DNA from: Picochlorum sp. SENEW3
Lineage: Eukaryota
Length of the DNA stretch: 64,000 bases
Reading direction: 5' to 3'
Assembly: GCA_034226945.1 (NCBI GenBank)
Contig: CP120463.1
Span: 1 to 64,000, forward strand
The stretch's first letter is position 1. Every line of letters begins with the position of its first letter. Positions 11,512 to 22,690 of the stretch are shown here, piece after piece. The notes below the pieces were generated by a model. The model did no database searches and was not told the DNA's origin. It saw only the letters and a program-made list of their open reading frames with translations. The position numbers and the translations under genes were made by a program.

Positions 11512-13809
11512 ATAAATTAACAAATATCAGATAGTTTTCTTTTGGATGCATTGAAAAGTTTGGCGCTGCGTCTGCGAGCCATTCAGGCTTCACACAGTGA
11601 ACCTCTTGCATGTCGACACTGTGTTTCCCAGTCTGTTGTGCCATGTAGAAACAGAGCCATTGGGGCTGGCGCCCGTACATGACAGATGATGGGTGGATTC
11701 GAAGCCTGGACATTTCCGTCAGAGGATCTCCAGTGTTTCTCAGGAATCTATACGTTGAGTTTCCTTCATTGTCAATCTCAGGCTCACCTCGAGGCCCAAA
11801 CCTAAGCTGCACAGAATTCAGAAAGAGTCCAGCTGCAAGTGATTTTTGAATGGCAATTATGCGATCGTGTATTTCCTCACGGCTCAGATCTTTGCGCAGA
11901 AGAATATTATCTCTAATATCTTGTAAAGATCTTCTACAGAAAATTGGGTCGTCCGGAGAACTTTGTTTCTTCAGGCGTATAATCTGTCGCAAGACTTGGT
12001 CTCGTATATCAGATGCTCGAATGAGACATCTGTGGCTCACAAAATTTTTTATCGCCCAACTTTTGCTCCTCTTGTTTTCTTCCCAAGCTTTCCATACATT
12101 TAAGTAGGTTATTAAGTCTCCCTCCTCGACAGCAAATTGAGATTTTGCGCCGTCAAGATCCCTCCTCCTCCCTGATGCCCAAATGCTTTGAACATTCAAC
12201 ATGGCAGATATTGTTGCGACTTCGTACACACATCCTGCGGACCAAGATACCAAAAGTGCCCTAGAAAGTTGGGGTTCGATAGAAATCTCACTCATATACC
12301 TTCCCATATATTGTGTAAGTTTTGCATCGTCGCCAAGTGCTCCCAGAGCATGGAGGTTTTCCAATGATCTCACCATACACTCTGATGGTGGAGGAGTCAG
12401 CCATGAAAAATGCAACATATTATCAACCCCAAGGCCTTTGAGTTGTAATACTATTGATGTCAAATCACTTCTCTGAAGTTCCGGAATCTCTACGGTGTCG
12501 AGATTTTCGAAATGCTCCTGTGTGCATAATCTGTACGAAAAGCCAGGCCTCACTCTCCCTGCCCTACCAGATCGCTGTACTGCACTAGCTTTGCTTATCG
12601 GAGCCACAAGTAAACTTTCTAAGCCAATAAATGGATCGAAATTCCTCTGTTTCGAAAACATGCAATCCACAACGTGCACTATCCCGTCTATTGTGACAGA
12701 CGTCTCTGCAATATTTGTCGCAAATACAACTTTGCGATAGTTCCTCGGAGGAGACTCAAAGACTTCCATCTGATGCTTTGCAGAAAGGCCTGAATATAAG
12801 GCGACTGGATAAAGTCTGGTGCCGCTTCTCCTCTGACTGCGCCCTTCTGTATACTGGGAATGATTGGATTCTTGGACCAAGGCTACAGCCTTGTCACATT
12901 CTTCCTGGCCTGTCAAGAAGACTAGAATATCTCCAGGCAAACCAGCATCATTAATTTTATACACCGTTTCCACAGATGTTTGTACATAGTCTTGACAAGG
13001 CCTTTCCAAGTAATGGACCTGAACAGAGTGGGTTCGGCCCTGAACAGATAACATCCCAGGCATGCCAGAAGGACGATCAGCATGGGCTTCTTCGTGAGAA
13101 ATGCTCGTTGACGCATCAAAGAAGAAAGAGGCAAACCTTTCAGCGTCAATAGTAGCCGAAGATATAACGATTCTCAGACTCGGCCGTCTCTTCTGTATCT
13201 TTTTCAAAAGTCCTAGTAAAACATCGGTTGATGCAGATCGCTCGTGAGCCTCGTCGACCATGATGACAGAGTACTTGGACAAGAGTGGGTCCGTCGCCAT
13301 TTCCTTGATCAACACACCATCTGTACAGAACTTGATCCTAGTCTGATGGCTCGAAACCTCCTCGAATCGAATAGCGAACCCAACCTCTTGCCCCAACTCA
13401 ACATTCATTTCCTCTGCTACCCGGCGGCTACAGACATGGCTGCCACCCTTCGTGGCTGTGTGCACGCAATCATACTTCCTATTGGCGCCCATCCAGCACT
13501 ATAGAGGTATTGAGGGACTTGTGTCGTCTTTCCTGATCCAGTTTCTCCGACAATGATACACGTGGCATGTTTTTCCACCAAATACAGAATCTCCCTTTTA
13601 TATTTGAAGATTGGTAGCAACCGCTGCTGCTCCTCAATCCTCAATCCTCTGTATCTATTGAATATAGGAATTGAAGACGCATTGTCAGAACCCCGCCTCT
13701 CTACATCCTGGAACGACACTCCAAAAGCACTTTTCCTTCCTTCACCAGGCCTCAAAAACCGACTGCTACTTCCTTCCTCTCGATCAGAAGACCTATACCG
13801 ATGGCCCAT
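11465..13809 (-). CDS. DHX35: DEAH-box RNA helicase (DHX35/DEAH9-like), frameshifted
   Basis: GETGSGKTTQVPQY, TQPRRVAA, DEAHER, SAT, LVFLTGQEE, ATNIAETSVTI, QRSGRAGR; F.RPG.. N-terminus typical of DHX35. The true stop is probably nearer 11520-11550. Confidence 0.88.
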
Positions 13810-14021
13810 TATACAAATATGTATATCAGTTTTGGAGTAGACTGGTGTTGGATCATAATGATTGTCACATCAGCGTATTTGAAATGTCCTTTTTAAAGGA
13901 CCCTTTTCAAATCTCGAGTCTCATCGATTTCCGACTTGCGTCATCTGATTGAGCCGAGAATGTCCAAAACACATTCTCGGTATGGTCTAATAATAAATAT
14001 AGTCGTCTAGGATATACGAAT

Positions 14022-15497
14022 GTGGTCTCAATCTTTGCTGCATCATTTTGGCAGCATGCATGTCCTCATGAGTACTGCAGCAGAATAGATGGGTCCACTC
14101 ATGCTATGTGCCATATCAAACAAAGGAAAAAATCCAGATGGATATGTTATGGGGAAGGCAGATCAGCAAACAGATCGAAATGGTCCAGTCAAGACAGCAA
14201 TACTGGGGAGGAGGAGGAAGAGAGTAGGCAAGGTGGCCTTGAGGCCAGTGAGGGAGCCCGACATGCAGGGGTATCGGTGTGGGATTGCGTGAATGATATA
14301 AGGCCTCAAATAGAAGCTGTAGACAGGTTGGTGGTAGCCAACACGAGAAGGGTTCAAGAGGCATTTCGGAAGTACAGCGTTGGTCCACATCATTTCCAGG
14401 GGTCTACTGGGTATGGGCATGGAGATTTGGGGCGATGTACGCTCGATGAAATTATGGCAGATGTTATGGGTGCGGAGTCTGCAGCTGTCCGGATTCAATT
14501 TGTGTCTGGAACGCATGCTATTGCTGCGGGATTATTTTCATGTTTAAGGCCTGGTGATGAGTTATTGGCTGTCGCTGGGAGTCCATATGACACCCTCGAG
14601 GAGGTCATTGGCACCCGGGGGCAAGAGAATAGCGGGAGTTTAATAGATTTTGGAGTGTCATATAGAAAACTGGAGCTCCGAAGGGATGGTTCTGTGGATT
14701 TTGAGGCTCTCAAGACATCTGTGAGCAGTAGAACACGGGTTGCATTGGTGCAGAGATCATGCGGCTATGCTCTTCGACCGACGCTTAAAATCTCTGACAT
14801 TGAACAAATTGTTGAATGTGTCAAGAGCCAGAATACGGATACGTACGTTATTGTGGATAATTGCTACGGGGAATTCACAGAAGAGAGAGAGCCACCGTCT
14901 GTTGGCGCAGACCTGTGCATGGGATCTTTTATCAAGAATCCTGGCGGGACTATTGCCACAGGAGGCGGTTATGTTGCGGGTATATCTGACTTAGTGGAGC
15001 GATCGATAGCACGAATGAGTGCCCCTGGTGTTGGCATGGATGCTGGATCAGTGCCGGGAGAAACTCTGAGGCTTCTATACCAAGGATTGTACATGGCTCC
15101 AGCAACAGTGGGCGAAGCACTGAAGTCTGGGCGTTTAATAAACCAAGTATTCAGTAAAATGGGGTATACGGTGATTCCAGAAGCAGGATACCCAGATGTC
15201 TGGTCATTTATCACTGCAATAGAAATGAAGAATCCGGATGCCATGGTAGCCTTCTGCAATGCTGTGCAGCTATGTTGCCCTGTCGGGTCTTACGTTCAGC
15301 CCGTGCCGGGTGTCACCCCTGGATACGGGGACGAAGTCATATTTGCTGACGGAACCTTTATAGATGGGAGCACAGCTGAGATGAGTGCAGATGGGCCAAT
15401 CAGGCCTCCGTATGTCGTGTATTGTCAAGGTGGCTTTCACATGTCCCAGTGGGTACACACATTAGATTACTTCTTGAGCTCTCACATCAATGATTGA
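14022..15497 (+). CDS. PLP-dependent methionine gamma-lyase family / YnbB aluminium-resistance protein, probably plastid-targeted
   Basis: HHFQGSTGYGHGDLGR, FVSGTHAI, PYDTLEEVIG, QRSCGY, DNCYGEF, GSFIKNPGG, FADGTFIDGSTAEMSADGP. Confidence 0.9.
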   Translation: MVSIFAASFWQHACPHEYCSRIDGSTHAMCHIKQRKKSRWICYGEGRSANRSKWSSQDSNTGEEEEESRQGGLEASEGARHAGVSVWDCVNDIRPQIEAVDRLVVANTRRVQEAFRKYSVGPHHFQGSTGYGHGDLGRCTLDEIMADVMGAESAAVRIQFVSGTHAIAAGLFSCLRPGDELLAVAGSPYDTLEEVIGTRGQENSGSLIDFGVSYRKLELRRDGSVDFEALKTSVSSRTRVALVQRSCGYALRPTLKISDIEQIVECVKSQNTDTYVIVDNCYGEFTEEREPPSVGADLCMGSFIKNPGGTIATGGGYVAGISDLVERSIARMSAPGVGMDAGSVPGETLRLLYQGLYMAPATVGEALKSGRLINQVFSKMGYTVIPEAGYPDVWSFITAIEMKNPDAMVAFCNAVQLCCPVGSYVQPVPGVTPGYGDEVIFADGTFIDGSTAEMSADGPIRPPYVVYCQGGFHMSQWVHTLDYFLSSHIND

Positions 15498-17173
15498 TCT
15501 GTTTTCGATATTTACTTTGGCTTGGGCCATGTTCTTTGTCATCGCTAGGGCCAAAAACCAATTCCCTCCCACGCATACCTGTCATGCGGGCTATTTTATT
15601 GTACCTTTCTTTCCTCAATGTTTTTGCCGGAGTAGAAGCGATCGCTTTCGTACCAAATGTTTTACCAAGCCATTCCTCAAATGCTTCATGCAAGGCATTC
15701 ACATATTTGTAGTCCGGATTCCTAGAATAAACCCGCAATCTCTTTTCTTCAAAATTCTGCACCACCATGGACGATATCTGCTCTGGACGTAATTTTCGCT
15801 TCTCATTGGATTCAATATAGTCGTAAAAATGAACATGGTCTAATGGGTTCCTGTCTCTCATCGAATAGTTAATTTTGTTCTCTTGGATTATAACATCCTC
15901 TGCAGACAGGTTGACATCACTGCCCTTGTAACAGTTGATAACATCTTGTGCAGAGGGGCCTCCCACCTCCCTCGTTCAAGAACTTCGAAAGGAATTGGCG
16001 CATCCGTGACATACTTGTACAATTGTCTCCTCCTCAATCTCTCAATTATTCGCTGTGCTGCACGGATATGTGTTTCTGTCGAGTCATCTCGCAAAGAAAA
16101 GATGCTGCTATAGAAATCAAAATTTTCCACATAGTCCAATATATTGTCGTCCAACCTTACAAATTCAGAGGCATCCCAGATCTTCTCACTGAATTTTAAT
16201 GCTTTGTCGGCCTCCAAGAGGGCATCCACAACCATGAACTCAATTGCTTTGGCCTTCTTGTGAGTGTAGACTGATCTGTGCATCAGTGCTCGGGCATGAA
16301 ACAACTCATACAGATTCATGTATTCAGTATATTTGTAGCAAATCTCGTCATCAATGACTTTTGAAAATTGCATCAATCGGTTGAAATTGCAGGACAGATT
16401 CACACCACAATATGTTGCATCCCTGGCAAGATAATCAAACTTATCCACATCGATCGAGTTTCTCCCATTCGCGACAATCTCCGCTAACCAGCGCTTTGTA
16501 GGCCCTCCAAGAGTGACTTTCGATGCCTCCTGCGCCCCAACACCATGCCCTGACGTGATGAACGCCTTCACTCGGGAGACGTCATCTGGTGAGATGGAAT
16601 CAATGTGGTTCTCATCAATCAGAAAATCCAACATCTTTGCACTCATATCCTCGTGATCCCAATCAAGGATACCTTTCCTCTTCAAAAATTCTCTCTCGAA
16701 AACATGTGAGAATGGGCCGTGTCCTAGATCATGACACAAGCCTGCTACTTCGACTGTCCTCACATCAGACCTGTCCACATCCAATGCAGCCCCTGAAAGG
16801 ACCACAACTGCATGGCAAACTTCTGTGCCAAGTGGGCCACCCCCAAACTATGCTCGAATCGATTGTGAGACGCACCCGGAAAGACATAGTACGTCATTCC
16901 AAGCTGCTTCAAGCGACGAAGCCTCTGAAACTGCCTGGTATCAAATATAACCTTGCATTGGGCATCCAGGCGGAAAGTGCCATGAATAGGATCATTTATA
17001 ATTTTACCATGCAACTGAACTCCTGATAAAGGTCCTGATCGATCCCCATCCCTCCGAGAGGCGTTGAATTCCGAGAAATTGGTCAAACGTTCACCTTGCA
17101 CGGGGTCGGCTTGGAAGGCTTCTTGAGCCAATTGACTCGCATTCACCAGTGGATCATTATACTCATCCTCCAT
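15487..17173 (-). CDS. SAMHD1: SAMHD1-like HD-domain dNTP triphosphohydrolase (VENOSA4 type), frameshifted
   Basis: [63 protein letters not shown]. Confidence 0.93.
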
Positions 17174-17480
17174 TGCAGATGGCGAATTCAATAAATAACG
17201 ACCGTGACCATATGGCCTCCGGGTAAGTTGCCTTTGCAACTTTTAAATTCTTATCAAGCGACATCCAAATTTTTGGAGGATCCACGTCGTGTTCATCTTC
17301 CCCGTCATTTGTCTAATGGATTGAAAAGTTGGCATCTTTTGAGTAGATTATCAAACACACGTCCAGCAATGGAAGTGAATAGCCGGAAAGAGACAGAAAG
17401 GAAGAACATATGAATGCCACCTTTTGGAATCTCCTGGGCTGAGAGCCACTGCTGATGGCACTATATTCTGTTGAAAAGTT

Positions 17481-18707
17481 ATGAGGCCAAGTTGGGTCAT
17501 TCGTACGTCACATAGACGACGTTGTGGTCATCTAATTCTCGTTGGTCTAACGGCCTCAGTGTTGCTCTTTCACCTTTTCGCGGCTACAGGTCGATATAGA
17601 TCCGGAGATACGTATCAGAAATCACGTATACGAGTCAAAGTGGACAAGAAATACCCTGGTCGTGATCATAAAGCGTACAAGTTCTATGACTATGGGTCAG
17701 TATACCATGATATGAACTTTACTTGTCCCGTTGCATGGGTGCGTGTGGATGTTGAGAGCCATTATCCCATCTTCATATTGATTGACACGAGTCTCTCTTT
17801 TATACTGAAGGAATGGACCGACAATCCTTTGGAAGCTGATGCTCTGTGGTATAATGTGCTGAATAATGGTGCAGCAGCTGGACAGTCAATGTCCTCCATG
17901 GCAGAGTCTGCTGAGCAGCCAAGCAATCCATTGAAAGTTTTCATGTCCCTCGAAAGCGAAGCATACTATCCTTATATTGTAGGTATAAAAGAATCTGGGA
18001 AGATTGATGTTACGGTGGATTATAGAATATGGAGCGATGCTGCATCCGCAAGTGGTACGGCAGATGTGCCTGCAGTGTATCTTCAAAACCCCACCAATGA
18101 AGCGACAAAGATAGATTTCAGAGCGCCACCAGTACTTCCGAAGAGAAAAGATGTGTATCTTGCCGTTTTCATCAGTAATTGTGAATCTAGGAGCGGAAGA
18201 GAGCGTTATTTGACCGAGCTCATGGAGAACATGCCAGTGCACTCCTATGGGGGATGCCATCACAACAAGGATGAGCCAGCCTTTGACGGAAGCGTATCGA
18301 AATGGGACAGGAAGCGGATGATAGGACAGAAATATCACTTTGTATTTGCAGCCGAGAATTCTGAAGCACCCTCATACGTGACTGAGAAGGTGTATGACTC
18401 CTTCGCTGCAGGAGCAGTACCAGTATATTTTGGTGCTCCAAACATTGACAAGTTTATTCCTGATCCATCGGCGATAATTGCGGCAAAAGATTATTCGCCC
18501 AAAGATCTGGCAGTATTATTAAATAGAACGGCTCGCGATCCAAAAGAATACGCAAAGTATTTTGAGTGGAAGAAGAGACCTTACAGCAAGGAATTCAGGC
18601 GAATCCTCTGCTTGGCCAGTAGAACAGTCCAGTGCCGCCTTGCAATGCACATGGAAGGATTAGATATGGAGCAGGATTGCGACGAGGCAATTATTGATAC
18701 GTTATGA
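17481..18707 (+). CDS. Alpha-1,3/4-fucosyltransferase (GT10)
   Basis: Type II membrane anchor; FISNC, VHSYGGC, YHFVFAAENS...YVTEKVYDSFAAGAVPVYFG, YFEW. Confidence 0.92.
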   Translation: MRPSWVIRTSHRRRCGHLILVGLTASVLLFHLFAATGRYRSGDTYQKSRIRVKVDKKYPGRDHKAYKFYDYGSVYHDMNFTCPVAWVRVDVESHYPIFILIDTSLSFILKEWTDNPLEADALWYNVLNNGAAAGQSMSSMAESAEQPSNPLKVFMSLESEAYYPYIVGIKESGKIDVTVDYRIWSDAASASGTADVPAVYLQNPTNEATKIDFRAPPVLPKRKDVYLAVFISNCESRSGRERYLTELMENMPVHSYGGCHHNKDEPAFDGSVSKWDRKRMIGQKYHFVFAAENSEAPSYVTEKVYDSFAAGAVPVYFGAPNIDKFIPDPSAIIAAKDYSPKDLAVLLNRTARDPKEYAKYFEWKKRPYSKEFRRILCLASRTVQCRLAMHMEGLDMEQDCDEAIIDTL

Positions 18708-18730
18708 ATTCCTATACGAAGAAGTGACTC

Positions 18731-19434
18731 TTACATGAACATCATCATCATCATCATCATTCCAATGGTAGAGAAAGCAATAGCTGTGGCAGAGGACGTG
18801 CCAGCAGCCATACCACTGTCATCTTCTTCTCCCATATCCATGCCGGTATCTTCTTCTCCCATATCCATACCACTGTCATCTTCTTCTCCCATGTCCATGC
18901 CGGCGTCTCCATCCATGTCCATTTTCATTCTCATAGATTCTGTTCCAGTACCCACATAACAGTCATCCTCTCCATCACCCATGTACATGAGTGCACCGTA
19001 AGAAGAAACTCCATCGGTACCGTTCACAACCGCAAAGATATGACCCATGCACATGTGACCAGCCAACTGGTGGGCATGGTCATGTTCCTCTCCTCCTTGA
19101 ACAAGTACGGAGTATTGGACGTGTCCACATCAGCGTTGTCAAAAGTACCTTCGTAGGTTCCATTTTCAGAAGAACCAAAAGGAATATCAACGATATTTCT
19201 GAACTCTGGCTCCAGAGCTGACCCCTTGCGATCAACAATCTCAACACTTTCCACTGGGAATGTCGACGTCATGATCCAGTTCCACACCCCTTCTTGCAAA
19301 GACGCATTCATCGAACCGGTCATTTCACCATCAGCATTCTTCAAATCCGCCATGAAGTACCCATTCATGCTTGTATCAGCAGAAACGGCTGTCGCAGCCG
19401 TAGCTGCGAGAATGGCCAACAGGAGGATCTTCAT
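18731..19434 (-). CDS. Secreted, probably GPI-anchored protein with Met/Asp/Glu-rich repeats, frameshifted
   Basis: Signal peptide MKILLLAILAATAATAVSA; two ORFs joined near 19060; GMDMGEED repeats; small-residue omega-like SSA followed by a hydrophobic poly-Met tail. Confidence 0.65.
18808..18910 (-). repeat. Coding tandem repeat, 27-30 nt units (GMDMGEEDD/T x3)
   Basis: ATCTTCTTCTCCCAT recurs three times with alternating CCATACCACTGTC and CCATGCCGG linkers. Confidence 0.9.
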
Positions 19435-19906
19435 AGTGGTTCTCTATTCACAAATAATTCTATATTTAAATTATGGTTGTGCACTATGCGGAGCAGACGG
19501 GAGAGGCATAGAAAAATTCAGATTCTGGGGATCAGAGCGTATCTGGATATCTGCACCCTACGTAGGGGCCCCGTATACGGGCGTGGCCAGCGATCGTTGG
19601 CCCATCGCGATGGGACTACCATGTCGTCTATCACGCAATACATAACGCTATCGATCAAAAGCCTGCAGGCTTATCAGCTCATACCTCGCGATCTGCATTC
19701 ACGTCACTCGTTGGATTCCATCCATAGATTTTATGGAATGAGATCTCATATGAAACTAATCTGTGGATGAACGCACCAGTATTTGCATCTTCATCCAGAG
19801 TGTGATGCATATCACCTCCAAGGCTGGTGCTGTAACCCACACTAATTAAATGGCATGCACTTCCCTCGTCCCAATTGGTTCCAACCTCGTCAATAATACA
19901 TTCTAC

Positions 19907-20326
19907 TTACTTGTGATTGGCCAGAGCCGTTGCCAAAGCTGGGGTCCACCTCCCTTGGATGCTTGGTTGCTGGGTCACCACCCTCTCCTTAATTTGCCTA
20001 TTGCTCTTTCTTCCACACGTTGTCTTCCTTCCCACAGATGACCTCAGATTCATCATCTGTCTCAGTATCTCCACAGGATCATCATTCCTCATGGACACAG
20101 ATCGAACTCTGCCATTCAGATAGGTTGCCTCAATCCACGGATGCCTTCCAGGTCGCACCGTCATAGTGACATCAATCTGAGGATTATCCTCCATGAACGA
20201 TGTCATATATCCACTGGAGGAATTACTTGAATGCTTGATGAATTCTCTGGCGCCTCTGCTGCTTCCCGAGTGTTCGCAGTAGTTGAACGCTATGCGCTGC
20301 AGCTGCCACACACCCCGTCGGGACAT
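19907..20326 (-). CDS. MRPL43: Mitochondrial ribosomal protein mL43
   Basis: MSRRGVWQL..YCEHSGSSRGAREF, RPGRHP.IEATYLNG, PSIQGRWT. Confidence 0.9.
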   Translation of the reverse strand: MSRRGVWQLQRIAFNYCEHSGSSRGAREFIKHSSNSSSGYMTSFMEDNPQIDVTMTVRPGRHPWIEATYLNGRVRSVSMRNDDPVEILRQMMNLRSSVGRKTTCGRKSNRQIKERVVTQQPSIQGRWTPALATALANHK

Positions 20327-20529
20327 GATGGAACTTCTTCTTTGTACTAATAACAATGTATTAAAGAATGCAAAAACTCGGTGTGCTCTTGTGCTCCCAT
20401 GATGAAATTCAGGAATATTTTATATTCTAATGATGGAATCATGGGCGCCCTGCAGTGCCCACCTGGGCTGATCTGGTCTGGAAATACACCTTCACACCCT
20501 AAAGGAATATTCTATAATATACATGGCCC

Positions 20530-21030
20530 ATGGGTCATCGCATCAGAAATATAGTGCTCTGCGTGGATGACTCGAGTGGTTGTGAGCAAGCAGTCGAATG
20601 GGCATGTGAGCACTGCATCACGCCCATGGGTGTTTCACATGCCGACGACACGATACAGTTGCACTTGATTCATGTGATACCTCGCGTGGATGTGTCGTCG
20701 ACAATGGCGTCCATGATGGTGTCTGGATCCAATGGTGGTGAGGATGCTATTGCTGCTGCTGAAGGGGTTATGGAGAGGAGGGCAATGTCGTACATTGGCG
20801 AATACTTTCCGGATACCGAGCGGGTGGAGACGTTCTTGCACGTCCTGAGGTATGAGATTGACAATGAGTCGATCGGGGAGATTATTTGCAGAAAGAGTGA
20901 CGAGTTGCAAGCTGATGTGGTGGTCATGGCCAGGCATGGCCAGAGTGCACTGCATCGATTCTTCCTGGGATCTGTTACAGACTACTGTCTCAAGCACTGC
21001 ACGAGACCACTCGCTATTTATAATTCATAA
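20530..21030 (+). CDS. Universal stress protein A family
   Basis: IVLCVDDS...AVEWA, LHLIHV, IGEIIC, VVMARHG..LHRFFLGSVTDYCLKH. Confidence 0.9.
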   Translation: MGHRIRNIVLCVDDSSGCEQAVEWACEHCITPMGVSHADDTIQLHLIHVIPRVDVSSTMASMMVSGSNGGEDAIAAAEGVMERRAMSYIGEYFPDTERVETFLHVLRYEIDNESIGEIICRKSDELQADVVVMARHGQSALHRFFLGSVTDYCLKHCTRPLAIYNS

Positions 21031-21079
21031 TACATTGTAGTAGTACACGATGGCGACGGGTTGAGTTACTGTATGATAC

Positions 21080-21968
21080 TTAAACATATGTACATGTGTT
21101 TGTCATGATTTCTACAACAGTGGCTTCTACATGTTCCCAATCAGACACCCTAATGATATTCTCGTGGTGAGGACCATCCTGGTCGGTCTTGGACCAAGGA
21201 TACTGGGATTTCCAGTCGTACAAGAGCACCTGGATTCCAGCCTCTGCGCACTCCATGGCATACCACGGGTTGTCATCAATCAACACAGATGCCCCAATTT
21301 CCTTGCATATCTCCGACTTCTTCTTCGACGTGCCCTCGAGGGCAAAGTGATTACCAAAGAAAACTTGATCAAATATACCAGGGAAATGGCGGTCCAGCCA
21401 CTCGAGTGTCTGCTCCTGAATCACATGCTGCCGTGAAGTGACAACATGCAGGGCCAAATCATCGCTGTGCACCTTTTTCATTCGATCCAAACTGTCAAAT
21501 GACCCAGGAATAACTTCGATCCCATCTCTAAAGTGAGCACTCGTGAAAAATTCATGTACTCTATGGTTGGACTCATCCTGTGAACACTCCCATACCCGAG
21601 CAAAGTCGTACACAAAATAATCCTCCACTCTATACTGCTGCCCGTACTTCTCTAAGCAGAAGGCATTCAGACTGTGAACAAACCTTCCAAGGACCTCATC
21701 AACATCCACGGCAATCGTGACGCGAGCCCTTTGACCTCCCCGACCCCTCCTCTCCACTGCCGCGCCGAGCCATGATGTTGTTCTTCCGTACACTCTGACT
21801 CAGGCATTGTGGCATCAACGCACGCCTCGACCTATTAGTATACAATCGTCGCCCACGAATCGCCACGACCTGGCCATTATCCGCCAAGAATCTGTCCGCC
21901 CCGGCAGCTGGACGGCACGCGACACGTTGTCCCTGCTGCCTCCACGTCGAAACTACCCGAACGTTCAT
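21080..21968 (-). CDS. HAD-family 5'(3')-deoxyribonucleotidase (NT5C-like); transit peptide in a shifted frame
   Basis: IAVDVDEVL (DxD), VVTSRQ, WLDRHFPGIF, KSEIC...LIDDN. Confidence 0.88.
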
Positions 21969-22231
21969 TCTCTAGTGGTAAATGAATGTATATCTTATCA
22001 ATAATTATAATTCGTTCAGTACACAGTCATAACAGACGCGCATGCATTCGTCTCCTAAACGACGGTTCGAACCAACGAATGCCGAAATTGGTCTTCTTCT
22101 GTGACAGCAGCTCGTGCAGGCAGATATGCCCTATCTATCACTCGAGAACCGTAACGGCAAAGCCGATGAATTCTTCTTGAATGATGGGCAGATCGGAATG
22201 GCTCCGTTGATATTGTTAACAATTCTTTAAT

Positions 22232-22290
22232 TCCTTGAATCGAACATTACAGATTCGAATCGTCACAGCTCTCCTTGAATCGAACATTAC
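22232..22290. repeat. 19-bp direct repeat with 40-bp period in a divergent intergenic region
   Basis: TCCTTGAATCGAACATTAC at 22232-22250 and 22272-22290. Confidence 0.9.
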
Positions 22291-22690
22291 GACTCCGAAC
22301 GAATGTGTGGGTCTCACAACTTGTTCCACGGCGTGCGCGAGTACACGTGTGAATGGACTCAGAGTATTTATCAGCTAATGTATATAAATGTTGTCCAGGT
22401 ATACCTGGTCGTGTTGGTGAGGCATTCGTGAGATACAGTGCTCATCGAAGATTCCTCGGTCGGAGCATTGGTGTCCTTGTTTGTAGAATACTGCCTTTCA
22501 TAAGCTATCCCAACACTACCTTTGTTAACTCGAGTATAATTCTCTCATGCGCGGTGCTGTAGTCCTGAGGAAGAAGACGAAGGCGAAGGGCACGTGTTGT
22601 CTGTGATACTCATAGTACCAGCGAGGAGCAGGAGCAGGGAATTCTTAGAAGGGTAATCTATCTACTCATTTTGTAGACTTGGGTAGGAGA

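Noticed and set aside
22232..22290. Mini-CRISPR array
   Set aside because: Only two 19-bp copies with a 21-nt spacer, in a eukaryotic context with no cas genes.
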